A stretch of 63,932 nt of DNA, filler included, from Octopus bimaculoides (GCF_001194135.2; 6 parts of 6 records of this genome joined end to end with filler, not necessarily neighbours in it), one strand, 5' to 3'; positions 26,713 to 40,588 are shown, counted from the whole stretch's first letter. Notes: generated from the sequence alone by a model not told the origin. A program made the numbers and translations.

Positions 26713-27389
26713 ACACACACACACACACACACACCCAGACAGACAGACAGATAGATAGATCCATGTAACACACAGGTGTACAAGAATCCACAGTTACTCA
26801 TATCCCTATTATTAGAAATGGTATATAACTGAAATTATATATTTATTACTCTGAATTGATCACAACATTTTCTCAAATGAGTTTATACTTGCAATTTCTT
26901 TAAAACTGTGGTAGTAATTACCCAATTATTTCTTAATAAAGACGTATCTAACTCTAACACAAATTTTTTTTTTATAAATGATTGTGGATAAAGAACAATA
27001 TTGAAAGCAGAACCTGTACATGACACCCTAAGCTATCAAATTCAGTTATCTTTTTTTCTAACATACTAGGAGCTATCATAATATTCTTCCATTGTTGTCA
27101 TTAATAAGTTATTTCTTTCATGTCTACAGCTGCTGCTGGCAGCATTAAGTAATGACTATTATACATCACTAAACTGTAAATCCTATTGTCATTGTGCTAA
27201 CTCTTTCATGTCCACAGCTGCAGGAAGAATTCTTCTAGCTCTTAAGTTGTAAAGCATCAATATTAGCTTTAATGGTAAAATCCATTAGTGATTTTGACAA
27301 GAATAGCTGTTGTAGTTGGGAGTGTGATTTTGGTAAAAGAAATTTAATCAATCTCAGTGGTTTTAGATTAGAAAAAAAGCTTTACTTAC

Positions 27390-27504
27390 CTTCTTCCTTT
27401 TCAGCCTCGAATCAACAGACAAGTAACAGTAACAGTAGAAAGAGGCAGCAAAAAGGAGGCCAATAGAGCAGACCACCGCTGACGGCCCTAATACCCGGTA
27501 TATT
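27390..27504 (-). CDS. Transmembrane exon IYRVLGPSAVVCSIGLLFAASFYCYCYLSVDSRLKRKK of an uncharacterised single-pass protein
   Basis: Acceptor TTTCTTTTTACTCTTTTACAG, donor AAG|GTAAGT, 115 nt (phase 2 to 0); hydrophobic helix followed by Cys and a basic stop-transfer run; GC-rich island in AT-rich DNA. Confidence 0.75.
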
Positions 27505-30500
27505 CTGTAAAAGAGTAAAAAGAAACTGGCTGTGTTATTCCTTGAACTTCTGCTGTTTATGACAAACAGATTAATTTCATATCAATTTAAACTTTATTTT
27601 CTATGACCAGTTATGAAGCAGGATTTCTAATTCTTAGGGCCCATTTTAAACCTAGTTAAAGAAACCATCATTTCTTTTCTCAATCTCATTAAAAAAATTG
27701 AAACATTTAGGACAAGATCGATTTTGTAACTATGAATTATCCAGCCATTTGTAAAAAAATTAATCAACTGGAATGATTGAGATAGGACAGGTGAATTTGG
27801 TAGCATGCCCAAGGTCACAAAAAATGCCAGCAAGAGACTAAAAACTTAAGAATTATAAGTTAACTGACACATTCATATTCTCATTACAAATCTTTTCTTT
27901 ATGATTACATGCACACAAATAACTTTAGCTGCTTCATGAAAACTTAAAATGGCAGTGGGAAAAATAAATGAGAACAATCATGTTAAGATGTAAGAAAATC
28001 AAATTTATATAATCTCATCTATAGTAATTTACTGTATGAGAATCTCCTTTCATAAATATCATCAATAAAGTGATTAATGAACTAGAGTCCATTATCTGTG
28101 TGACATATACTGGTGATGATGAAAACTAAGGATCAGGTTAATTCTAATGGGGATTTACCATGATAAAATGAACTATTAGAAAAGAAATAAGATAGAAAAC
28201 AGGATTTTAAAATATTCTGTCAATTATCATAGGATTTAAAGTATCGTAGCATTAGAGTGGTTCCTGTTGCAATGTAGCTATCTGCTTTACTAACTTCAAA
28301 ATGCCTTTTTTTCAGTAATGAATTGGTTATTTATCATTGTTTGTGAAAACCTCATCCCTAATAAACCTGTCAAACATAGTTTCTTTTATCTTTTGTTTGT
28401 TTAAATTATTTTTAAAATGAAAGATTTTATCCAACTCTGGTTACTTTGATATCTAATTTCAATCTCAAGACAACATAGCCAGCTTCATCTTTCTCAAGAT
28501 AATATCTAATTTTGTCTTTAACACTTAGCTAGTTTAGAAGTTCCTCCCCTCTCTAGTATGCCATTTGATAGAAATTATCTCTCTGGAACTATTAAAAGTT
28601 AATAGAGTTGGCGTTAGCATCTAATTTCAAACCATGTAGTTTGAAATAAAGCAAATTGAATTAAATATTTCATCTAAGGATACAACAAAATGCTAACCAT
28701 AGAATGAAATACTGTTTACTTGAAATGAAGTGTCAATATATTTACCCCTTGAATAAGCGTAACTTATAATGCTGTTAATAAACTACAGTGGATTCCAACA
28801 GAATTCTGTATTTAGTTGCAAACTGCTTAGATTGGTAGAGGGGAAAATTGCTTCCGAAATATTCAGTATGAATGGTTGAGTATTTCTGTGGAACATGCAG
28901 TGTATTGCTTCAGCTTGTAGCTCTGATAGCCTTGTACATGTTTAACTGTATACAAAGCTTAAACACATCAGCAACATTCAAGAATGATGTTCTAGCACTA
29001 TTTTCTACCTGAATTTGATAAACATGAAATGTATATACACAGAAAAATAGTGACACCAAATCTGGATTCACCTTAAGTCAATCTTGGAGAATTAAGAAAA
29101 TAACTCATCAACTAACTAAATTCACCTCAAGTAAATCCCAAAGCACCAAAAATATGATTCACCAACTGATTGAACTATGGTTCTCCATTTTATTTCTATA
29201 CAAATGGACTGAATGGAAAAATGGACACAAATTGATTGCCATATTGTAGCCTAAGCAATTAGTAATTGCATGGTGAAATGTAGAGTGTAGTTAGAGACTT
29301 ACAACATACTTGGCTCATTTGAAAACATTTGGAAATGAGTAATTGGTCTGTTTGAACAAAGCTGATGGAAGTTATACAGTAACAGTAGCAATGATAGCAA
29401 ACTCACTGTGGTTAGCATTAAGAAAGAAATTCTTCAGTGCCACACATGTATAAATAGCAAAATGTAAACCATTAAATCCACATTGAAATAGTTAATAAAA
29501 GTATCCACTGATTCGATTTTCGGTTCACCAATGTAAACTTTCTCTTCATATAATGTGTCATGTGTAAATATATGTTAGCCAGACGTTGTCACCTATCTCC
29601 ATACTAGTGACGCTGGTTGGATTCTAAGGTAGAGTGGAACTAATGTATAATTGACTGTACCAGAAATTGAAAGCAGGTCAAAAGTTTGATATGCTGATAA
29701 TTTGCCATTTAGTATATGGCATTCACTTGAGGTTGAATAAAATTACTATTAAAGTATTTCAAAAAAAATCTATATCCCTATTTCCACCAACTATCCAAGA
29801 AAAATAACATATGCTCTATCATTACAACTGTTATAGTTTGTAGAATAGTAGAATAAATTGGCTTCTGTATTATATACATCAATTATTTATCTATTTCTTT
29901 TTATATGCAACAAGTCCAGCATTTCAACTTTATACATTGATCAAGAGATCTGCAATAAGAACATCTGTTTAGAAGAATTTCTATAATGACTTGTCTAATG
30001 AGCTGGTAGTTTAGAACATTCTGCATCAGCGATTGCTAAACAATGACTTCAGCAATGCATTCAGTTATTGAACACTGGCTGTTAGGCTGTGTCTTTATTC
30101 TTTAAAATAATGCATCAAATAATTGATGTATACTAGCAATATCTACTGAATACACAGTAATATTGCACAAGCTGTACTGAATGTGTCTACCAAATGAATT
30201 TTTCCATATTTCATTATTGGTTAGTTATGTTATTAATCATTACATGATATTTGTATCAATGGAAGGAATGCTTTTGATATACTTTTCATTTCTTGTTATA
30301 ACAGAGGGAAACTTGTAAAGTTCTTGATTATAGAAGTAGAGATAGTTATTTTGGTGTAGAGAGTTAGAAATATTTCACAGCAGCATCAAGAATGAAAAAT
30401 GTTTCTTTTGACCAGGATCAAGATCCTATATTGGATTTTGGGATGCATATACCTTTCTCAAAACACTTGCACTATGTATGATATCCTAGAGGCAGAAATG

Positions 30501-32929
30501 AAGTGATAATGCATCCATAAAGAAATAAAACCATGCCACAGTTATGTAAGTTTGTTTAATTAAAAATATCATTTGAATAAGGATTAATCATTTAAAAAGA
30601 GTTCAGTGTCTACAACAATGGAAATGAAAAGTGCAACAAGAGTGAGAGGATATGTGAAGTAAAGGGGTGTGGTTTGAGAAGGAATAAAAAGCAATAAACT
30701 GAGAGTAGATGGCAATTTGATGCTGGTCATTGACACCAAGGCCAACAATATTTTCATCTTTTTCTTCTCTCTATTGAACAGCAAGAACCCAAAACAACAG
30801 ACTTTCTGCTCAGTATGGTAATCAGACTTACTGATATTCTCCAAACTCTTCTTTTGATTAATTGTTGCCAACATCATTTACCTCATCAGTATTTTCATGG
30901 AACCTGAACTTTACCTTATCTAAAATAACACATTTATTTCACTTAATCAGATGTCAAGGGGAAATAAGGTTGCATGCCATACAAGCTTTCTTAAGTGCTT
31001 TAGCAATGGAAGAAACTTAGAATGATTTTACCTGAAAACCGAAACTAGAAATGTGAGCTTGTGATATTGACACCTTTTTCCAAGGGCCAGCCTTTTAAGA
31101 TCATGTTATGGATTTGACTCACAACTTACTTCTTGCTCTACAGTGCTCATTATATAGAATCTAAACAAACATTTAAATAAAACTCAATTTTTTTAACATT
31201 CTATGCTTTGTTGGTGTATTCATTATAAATTTTAAAATGTATATACTTAATTGAAATTTTAAATCCTATCATTAATTTGCCATTATTGATTACTAATTAG
31301 TTGCAATATAATGAAAGAAATTAGCTATCATATACAAATTCATATCATAATCTAACAAGCAACAGATTGATAGAACAAAACACAGAAAAGAGTCTAGCTT
31401 TGAATTTGATGATTATTCAGTAAATTTTCTTTTTTTTTCCTGATCTTTTGTTGATGTAAGTAGCAGTCATTAAAATAATAGTATAGATAAGATGTACTGG
31501 AAAATAAAATGTAGGTTACTTAGAGAGAGATAAGAGATACTCTACAAAGTTACAAAATTGACTTGTATGCTGACATGAAATGATGTTCTACGAAACCTGT
31601 CATCACAGTTTCTTCTTTCTCCTCAGTCTTTGATGTTGAAGTCTTTGAGAATAGTAAATTCATTAAATTTATCTACACCAGATTTTATAAGTTTTAGAAG
31701 GTTAAACACACACACATACAATCATGTTTGGATGTATCTAAGCATATGTGTCATTCTTTAATAAGGATGGTTACAATGAAGTAAAAGAAGAAAACATTTT
31801 TGATATATAAATAATGCTTTTTTATGCTAGTAAAAACTCTTGCACTAATGGTTGGCATTCTTTCCAATCAAATTCTCACATGAACAAACCAACATCTCAC
31901 TACAAGAATACTCAATCTGATAATTATCTTTTTGCAGGTTCGTATTCAGTTATTCACACCACATGTGTGTTTCTAGGCATTAAACAGACAAGAAGGAAAG
32001 CTTTGCCTAGGTAGGACATTATTGTATCAAAAGCAGTTTTCCTCAGAAGATATGGTGCATTATCTTCTAGCGTGATAAACTAGGGAAAGTATAATTTAGT
32101 TTATTTCCTAGAGAGATATTATAGAACCTAAGTAGTTTGTTGATTTAGCAGAAAAATCTTTTTTCAAGTATCTTTGAACAGCTTTAAATGTTTGGTTTAA
32201 TCTTTTTGAAATTTATTCATTAAGAATTCTGGCAGAGCATTTTAAACTAGTGAGACTATATTTGCAATACATCTATTTTATATTAATTTAGATAAGGTAT
32301 TTCTGCAATATAGCATTTCTCCTTGTATTTTCATTTGGAATTTTCTTATCTCTAAGGTTCAATGTTCCCATATTATTCAGATTATATTTTTTTCCTAAGC
32401 CTTTCTTACATATATCTACACTAGCTTCTCTGTATTGCTAACTTACAGTATATTTCAGAGCAAATTATCCGTTTGCATTAAATGTATAGATTGCTCGTGC
32501 AATCTTGTATATGGTAGCCAGCGTCTTCAATGCCAACTTGCTTCACTTGTTTTCAAACTTGCATGTTGGTTTATTAATATTTCTTTCATCCCCCTCTAAC
32601 CACAGTAGCTTCTTTGCATTCTCTTATTATTATTCTTTATCATATATCACACTTATTATACAGCTTTTACGATGATTTTTGACTAATCCTAAAACAATAG
32701 TTTTAAAATTAGAATCAGATTATTGCTTACTAACAACTAATAGATCTACATCATTATTGTTAACCGTTTAGCAATTTTATATTTGAAGTGACTGATTTAA
32801 CCATTTGTTCTTTTAAGTCAATATATCAGTAAATTTCAGGAAAAAATAACTATGAAGAGAGAGAAAGGGGAATGGTATATTGGTGTAATATCCTTTCTAC
32901 TATAGACACAAAACCTGAAGTTTTGGGTG

Positions 32930-33105
32930 AGTGAGGCTAATTGATTACATTGACCCTAGTATATGACAGATACATATTTTGTTGACCCCAAAAGGTTGAA
33001 AGGCAAAGATGATTGCTGCAGAATTTGAACTCAGAATGTAAAGCAGTAAGAAATGTCACCTTTGCCCTGTGTACCCAGTGTGCTGACTGCTCTGCTAGCT
33101 TACCA
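32930..33105 (-). mobile_element. SINE family C, degenerate
   Basis: Reverse complement of the family C head and core. Confidence 0.65.
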
Positions 33106-33632
33106 CCTTGTAATATCAATCAGCATTTTGCACCAATAATTCTTTAGAGGAACAGGATTTAAAAGAACTGCAATTAATCAATTAATGCCTCATCTATTTT
33201 GATTCATTAAATTGGTAAAGATTGTAACAATTTTTAACTTTGCAATTATCAAGTTCAGGTTGTACATATATATATATATATATATATACAAACATTTGTG
33301 TTTATTCATCCTAAATTTTAATTTTAACTGTCAAATCACTATCATTTTCTTCTCATTAGGAGGCTACAGAGCAAAATTAAACTACCCAAGAAGGATGCTC
33401 TTTCATAGCTTAGCTGATATATACATTCTTGCCTTTATTATATATCAAACTGAGTATATGTTCTTCCAAAGATTTTATTACCCTTTTTCTCTATCTTTTA
33501 ATCACTTTGTATTTTAATTAAAAACAAGCCTTTGTGATTACTAATACATTCTCCTCAAAAGTGTGATAGTATAAGTAACAGTGATTTTAAATGCCCCATT
33601 GATCATATTTTAATATTTATTCATGTGTTCAT

Positions 33633-33822
33633 GGTGCCAAACTGGCAGAACCGTTAGCACACTGGACAAAATACTTAGTGGCATTTTGTCTGTCTACATT
33701 CTGAGTTCAAATTCTGCTGAGGTTGACATTGTTTTGGGGTTCATAAAATAAGAACCAGTTGAGAACTGGGGTTGATGTGATTGACTTCTCTTCTCCCTAA
33801 ACTTGCTGGCCTTGTGCCAAAA
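33633..33822 (+). mobile_element. SINE family C
   Basis: GGTGCCAAACTGGCAGAACCGTTAGCAC...CTTGTGCCAAAATT. Confidence 0.8.
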
Positions 33823-34942
33823 TTTTAAACCAATATTTATTCCTGTTCTTCAGTTAAGCAGAGTATTCTTTTTCTCTAAGCTAACTCCAAATCGTGAAGT
33901 TAAACTATGGAACATTTACTTGCTCATTATAAATTTCTGATGCAATATTAAAATATTAGGTACAAAATCTTGAAATCATAGAAAATAGCAAATGGGAATA
34001 TGTGATGTACATTCTTCTCTCAATTACATTAGCACTGAATGTGTGTCAAAAGTAAGGAATTAAAACTGGCTCATTGGTTTACTGAGAGTGTATCTTTTAC
34101 TCTGAAGCATTTATCATTTTAAATTATGCTCTTTCATTCTAATGTTAAAACACCCTAACAATAGTCTCCACAGTTATATTATAGTGATCTTCATTACAAA
34201 TGATGTGTCTTTGTATTACATTACTTTACAAGCCCTGTTAATCCTACTTTTCCAGTCTTTATTAAATAAGACTAATAACATACAAGGTTTGATTAAATTG
34301 CTTACAATACCTCACCTATAAAGTCTGTCTTATGCTTGAGTAAGAAATCATCAACATCATTAAAACCTTAAATCCTCTTAAAAGAGTCTCTGATCATGAT
34401 ACGTAGTTGAATAGCAAAGAGGAAAGCAATAAAACAAAGCTACGTGTCTTTAAAGGGATTTTTTCCCTGACTGAAAACCACAGCCTCTGGCATTTAAACA
34501 ATACACATACGTCAAGCAGGTGGTATTGATGATGTTTTCATGATAGAGCTGTTTCAACTGCTCAACTTGAAAGCTTAATGCAATTTATGATAGATAACTA
34601 TTACATTAATTCTCACTAGCAAATAAGAGTTGTAGAAAATCTATTACTTTATATTCATAGTAAAACTGACAAATGACTAACCCTAGATCAGTCCTGACCA
34701 TAAGTCTATGGTCAAGCAACAAGGTGTAATCCACAGATATTACATTCCACATATAAGGTATTTATGATTCACAGTTTGAAAAATAGCAAACTACAGACAC
34801 AATAACTTTCTTCCTGATGATAAACCATTGGACAAAAATACAATAAATTACTCATATCATAAAATGTAAAACAAAGCTAATTTATTAACCATTGCTATTG
34901 AAGTATAGTTAAGAAATTAAGAATTATCTGTATAAAGGTGCA

Positions 34943-35355
34943 GGTGTGGCTGTGTGGGAAGAAGCATGCTTCCCAGCCACATGGTTCCAGGTTCAGTCCC
35001 AGTGTGTAGCACCTTGAGCAAGTGTTTTCTACTATAACCTAAGGCTGATCAAAGCCTTGTGAGTGGATATGGTAGATGGAAACTGAAAGAAGCATGTCAT
35101 ATGTGTATATATCTAAGTGTGTATATATGTGTATATTTCTAAGTGTGCCTGTGTTTGTTCCCCGCTACTGCTTGACAGTCAGAGTTGATGTGTTTACATC
35201 ACTCTAATTTAGCAATTCGGCAAAAGAACCAATAAAGTAAGTACTCGGCTTACAAAAGTTAAGTTCTGGTGGTGATTTCTTTGACTAAAACCCTTCAAGG
35301 TGGTGCCCCAGCATGGCCATAGTAAAATGACTGAAGCAAGTAAAAGATAAAAAAT
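34943..35355 (+). mobile_element. SINE family A, full length, diverged
   Basis: Aligns with 25125-25725. Confidence 0.85.
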
Positions 35356-35483
35356 AAAATATATTAGCAATGAAATATTTGCCATGTCAAGCAAAACTAC
35401 TTCATAGTATTCAGTTACTCCTGATTACATTCTTTTACATCTGCTTCAATCTCTGCTTCAATCTCTTCCTTATGAGGTTGACA

Positions 35484-35724
35484 TGTTGGCACACCATCGC
35501 TTACGATGGCGAGGGTTCCAGTTGATCTAATCAACGGAACAGCCTGCTCATGAAATTAACGTGCAAGTGGCTGAGCACTCCACAGACACGTGTACCCTTA
35601 ACGTAGTTCTCGGGGATATTCAGTGTGACACAGTGTGACAAGGCTGACCCTTTGAATTACAGGCACAACAGAAACAGGAAGAAAAAGTAAGAGAAAGTTG
35701 TGGTGAAAGAGTACAGCAGAGTTC
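35484..35724 (-). mobile_element. SINE family B (3' half; 5' half in a gap)
   Basis: Reverse complement of 42230-42465. Confidence 0.85.
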
Positions 35725-37246
35725 NNNNNNNNNNNNNNNNNNNNNNNNNNNNNNNNNNNNNNNNNNNNNNNNNNNNNNNNNNNNNNNNNNNNNNNNNNNN
35801 NNNNNNNNNNNNNNNNNNNNNNNNNNNNNNNNNNNNNNNNNNNNNNNNNNNNNNNNNNNNNNNNNNNNNNNNNNNNNNNNNNNNNNNNNNNNNNNNNNNN
35901 NNNNNNNNNNNNNNNNNNNNNNNNNNNNNNNNNNNNNNNNNNNNNNNNNNNNNNNNNNNNNNNNNNNNNNNNNNNNNNNNNNNNNNNNNNNNNNNNNNNN
36001 NNNNNNNNNNNNNNNNNNNNNNNNNNNNNNNNNNNNNNNNNNNNNNNNNNNNNNNNNNNNNNNNNNNNNNNNNNNNNNNNNNNNNNNNNNNNNNNNNNNN
36101 NNNNNNNNNNNNNNNNNNNNNNNNNNNNNNNNNNNNNNNNNNNNNNNNNNNNNNNNNNNNNNNNNNNNNNNNNNNNNNNNNNNNNNNNNNNNNNNNNNNN
36201 NNNNNNNNNNNNNNNNNNNNNNNNNNNNNNNNNNNNNNNNNNNNNNNNNNNNNNNNNNNNNNNNNNNTATAGAATCAGATATCAAAAAGTAATGTAAGCA
36301 TTTTGAAAATGATTGTAAGTTACTAAATCTTTAAAAGCTTTTGAAAATGTAAAAGCATTTTCCTGAAATATCAATCTCAAAAATTACTTAGTTGTATTAT
36401 TCATTGAACTTCTTCTCTTTAGAGACATATATTTTGTTATTTTGATTTTTATAAATTGGTTTAAACTCCCTAAATCCCCTCTATACTTTATCACTTCTAT
36501 TTCTCCCTTTTGTATGCATATATATTTTCTTCATGTTTGCTAGTTCAAGTTCAGACTGAGTGGACCATAATATTTGAATATGTATATGATGTGATGTGAT
36601 GTGTGTGTGACATCCTTAGATCACATACATATGTACATAATGTATGTATTACATACATAGACCTAATGTGTTTATGTATGTTATATAATACATATGCTAA
36701 TATGTGTATATCAATGATTTTATTCCTGTGCTTTTATTGCAATAACGTATGAGCTGACTTACTTTTGCACAGTCTGTCATGTTTTGGTGACTGCATCAAC
36801 CAGTTACACCAGAACAAGAACCTCATCATAGCTGAACCCCATCCACCTCAGTTACTATTTCTATAGTAGTTAAATTATACCCAAATATTTTAGGAAAGGA
36901 AAGGGCTTAATGGATATGATTATGCCAGTTTCTTTGTGCCTGAGGATCACGAAGAAGAGAGACAAAACCCAAAGTGGCTATATATATATATATATATCTT
37001 TGGACCACTGGTGGTCCAAATAAGAGTTTTGACTCTTATTTCTAGTGGGTAGACGCTGTAATGTGTCCTTATGGTTAATATAATTTTAATTCTTTAGCTG
37101 TATAATGCTATCTTTAGGACTGCAACCACCTGTATTAACGTTTCTGTTATTATCAACTATCTATATTGCCTTCGATAATAATAGAAATATTAATATCTTA
37201 TAAATGTTCACTTCTGAATATTTTACTGCTGATATACCTATATTAT

Positions 37247-37680
37247 CTTCATCATCATCATCATCGTTTAACGTCCGCCTTCCATGCTAGCAAGGGTTGG
37301 ACGATTTGACAGAGGACTGGTGAAACCAGATGGCTACACCAGGCTCCAATCTGATTTGGCAGAGTTTCTACAGCTGGATACCCTTCCTAGCGCTAACCAC
37401 TCCGAGAGTGTAGTGGGTGCTTTTACATGCCACCGGTACGAAGGCCAGTCAGGTGGTACTGGCAATGGCCACACTCAAAATTGTATATTTTATGTGCCAC
37501 CTGCACAGGAGACAGTTCAGCGGCACTGACAATGATCTTGCTCGAATGTTTTTTAACGTGCCACCAGCACAAGTGCCAGTAAGGCGACGCTGGTAACGAT
37601 CACGCTCAAATGGTGCTATTTACATGCCACTGGCATGGAAGCCAAACAGCTGCTCTGGCAATGATCACACTTGGATGGAT
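37247..37680 (-). mobile_element. RTE-type 3' end with a (GAT)n tail and internal ~50-bp subrepeats
   Basis: Matches 23654-23896; repeated GTGCCACC.GCAC units. Confidence 0.75.
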
Positions 37681-38004
37681 TATGTTTTTTTTTTCCAGTT
37701 CTGTTCTTTGAGTTCAAACTCCATTATGGTCCACATTGCCTTTCATCTTTTCAGATTTCATAAAAAATGTACCAACCAAAACACTAGTAAAGACTCTCAT
37801 CACTGCAGCTATCATATCTTTGAGGTTTTGCTGCATCACAGATGAGAGGTCCCAGTGGGTGTCTGTATCTGTTGACACTTATGTGGGTATCTAGAACCAG
37901 TTGATGATCGTATGGTACATGCTATCAAGTCACTTGAGATATATAGCTGCAGCACTGCAGAGTGTCTGCATCTCCTATTATTATTGTTGTTATTATTATT
38001 ATTA

Positions 38005-38310
38005 TTCCTTTTAACTCAGGTTTCATTGGAACTCCTGGAGTCTTGCATGCGTAGTGGGCTTGCTACAGTAGTGTATAGTACCATATTATCTGTTCTTTTC
38101 AACTGTTTAATACTTTCCTGATCATTTTGGCCGTGCCAATGAGGCAAAACTTTTGTAATAACTCTATTGAGCACGCTATTCTGATTTCCTTTATATTCCT
38201 CTTGATGTGTTATGATACTGTCTCAAGGATCCAACAATAATTAGCATTATCTCCCCTTTTTCATTTTCCATTGCCAGGCTGTCTCATACTTAAGAAGATT
38301 GTATATGTCT
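38005..38310 (-). mobile_element. R4/Dong-like (RLE-endonuclease) LINE 3' end in an (AAT)n tract
   Basis: Minus strand IELLQKFCLIGTAKMIRKVLNS* resembles the QK..LLGTA.ILRK.L terminus; followed by a TAA repeat. Confidence 0.6.
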
Positions 38311-38333
38311 TGATTGTTACCTTCCTTCTTAAC

Positions 38334-38376
<43 letters not shown>

Positions 38377-38701
38377 ATTGTTGTTATTATTATTATCATT
38401 ATTAAAGTGGTGAGCTGGCAGAGTCATTAGCATGCTGGGCAAAATGCTTACCTCCACCTTTGAAACTATTTTGAGTGATGAATTTGTTAACTTTGGCTTG
38501 TATTAGAAAACGATAAACTATTTATTACTGTTACTAAATTTTCTATAGCCCTCTTCACATTCCATGACTACCGTTGGGATCGATCAGGTACTGGACGAAA
38601 ATTCTGGATTATTTTTTCCAGATTTTTACTTAATTTTTGAGAGTGGTCGGGTTCATTTTTGGTATTCTCGCTTGTGAGAGCAGTCGAGTTTATTTCAGAT
38701 A

Positions 38702-38801
38702 NNNNNNNNNNNNNNNNNNNNNNNNNNNNNNNNNNNNNNNNNNNNTTAATTAATTAANNNNNNNNNNNNNNNNNNNNNNNNNNNNNNNNNNNNNNNNNNN
38801 N
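38702..38801. other. Artificial scaffold join N44-TTAATTAATTAA-N44
   Basis: Same 100-bp structure as 9349-9448. Confidence 0.95.
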
Positions 38802-39285
38802 TATATATATAAAATATAGTTAAGTCTTTCTTTTTCTATACCCCAATCTTAGTGATCTTTGAAATTCTGGTTGTGATTCCATGATCATTCTTCCTTAAGA
38901 AAAAAAAGGTTTTTTTTTTTTTTCGAAACATTTACCTAAAAATTTATTCAATTTCTTTATATTTTTCAACAAAAAAAAAAAACACAAAATCCTAAAAGAA
39001 TCTTTTTCTTCTTCAGTTCTGTTGTGACTCATTTAGTAAAATGAACAAAAAAATATATAAAGTGAACCAAAATAAAAGAACTGAAGTTACGTTGTGAACC
39101 ACAATCTTCTTCTGATTTTTAAATGTCCTCTTTTGATGACAATGTCGCCATGATACCCTATTTTTTCAAAATCTCATAGTGAAGGTGATATTTTTTCAGA
39201 ATTATGTTTAGCTTGTCTAAAATAGAACATGAAGAGACTATCTAATTCGGTAATTTATCCATTACTATATGCCGCCAACATTTAC

Positions 39286-39424
39286 CGTTTCTAGCTAAAA
39301 GACAGTACTGTCTACTGTCTTTGGCAGTAGTTTTCTCATTACAAACTGTTGTAGCTCCAGGTAGATAAATTTCGATGTCCCCTAATGCAGGGATCAGTTC
39401 CTTCGTGAGGCAAGAGATTTTACT
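39286..39424 (-). CDS. Candidate exon SKISCLTKELIPALGDIEIYLPGATTVCNEKTTAKDSRQYCLLARN (Cys-containing, possibly extracellular)
   Basis: Long polypyrimidine tract then CGACAG acceptor, donor ACG|GTAAAT, 139 nt open in only one frame (phase 0 to 1). Confidence 0.6.
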
Positions 39425-40051
39425 CTGTCGATATATTAAAATAAAATAAAAAAAAAAAAAAGAAAACAGTTATTGACAATTAATTTGTGCAGGTTTCAAA
39501 TCAAAATGAAGTAGTTTGCAGAAACAATTAAGCAGTTGAATACATCATTGTATTATAAAAATTATTTTTATTTTCATTAATTTTGTTTATTTCCCACTTT
39601 CATCTACATATATTAAAGATGAAAATTTGATGAAAAAAAAAAAAACATTTTGTTAAAACTATAATTTTCATATCCCTTCTTCCTCTTTTCCTTTTTTTTT
39701 TTTTTTTTTCTTTTCTATGCCTGAATGTGATGGAACCTTTCTACAATAATTATAAATATATAATTTGTACATCGGAATTGAATGAACCATTTCTACAACT
39801 TCATATAATTTGTTAACCAATTTTATAATGTATTATGAAAGCAGTAAAAAAAAATATAAATCGATTTCAATGTTGTTTTCAGTTATTATTTAACCCCTTT
39901 GGGCTTCCATATTTCTGTTGAACTATTCTGTTTTGTTTCAGCTACTATTGAAAATCATGACAAATTTAGTAAAATATCTTTGTCATTACCATGAAATTTT
40001 GGTGGAAAGCTTAAGTTTGGATCAATTTCTTCACTTTGGTTACCAGGCACA

Positions 40052-40328
40052 GGAGTGGCTGTGTGGTAAGTAGCTTGCTTTCTAACCACATGGTTCTAGG
40101 TTCAGTCCCACTGCATGGCACCTTGGGCAAGTGTCTTCTACTATAGCCTCGGGCCAACCAAGGCCTTATGAGTGGATTTGGTAGACGGAAACTGAAAGAA
40201 GCCATCGTATATATGTATATATATGTGTGTGTGTGTGTGTGTTTGTGTGTCTGTGTCCCCCCTCATCGCTTGACAACCGATGGTGGTGTGTTTAGGTCCC
40301 CGTAATTTAGCGGTTCGGCAAAAGAGAC
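40052..40328 (+). mobile_element. SINE family A, left arm of an inverted pair
   Basis: Head at 40052, truncated at ...GGCAAAAGAGAC. Confidence 0.9.
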
Positions 40329-40398
40329 ATAAACACACCAACATCGGTTGTCAAGCGATGGTGGGGAAACAAACACAGACATGCAAACACAGACACAA

Positions 40399-40431
<33 letters not shown>

Positions 40432-40588
40432 CGGCAGGCTTCTTTCAGTTTCCGTCTACCAAATCCACTCACAAGGCCTTGGTTGGCCCGAGGCTATAGT
40501 GGAAGACACTTGCCCAAGGTGCCATGCAGTGGGATTGAACCCAGAGCCATGTGGTTGGTAAGCAAGCTACTTACCACACAGCCACGCC
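40329..40588 (-). mobile_element. SINE family A, right arm of an inverted pair
   Basis: Reverse complement of the left arm; directly abutting. Confidence 0.9.

Noticed and set aside
30584-30877. 97-aa hydrophobic minus-strand ORF
   Set aside because: No homology or splice logic for the whole ORF; a length this large is expected occasionally by chance in 64 kb.
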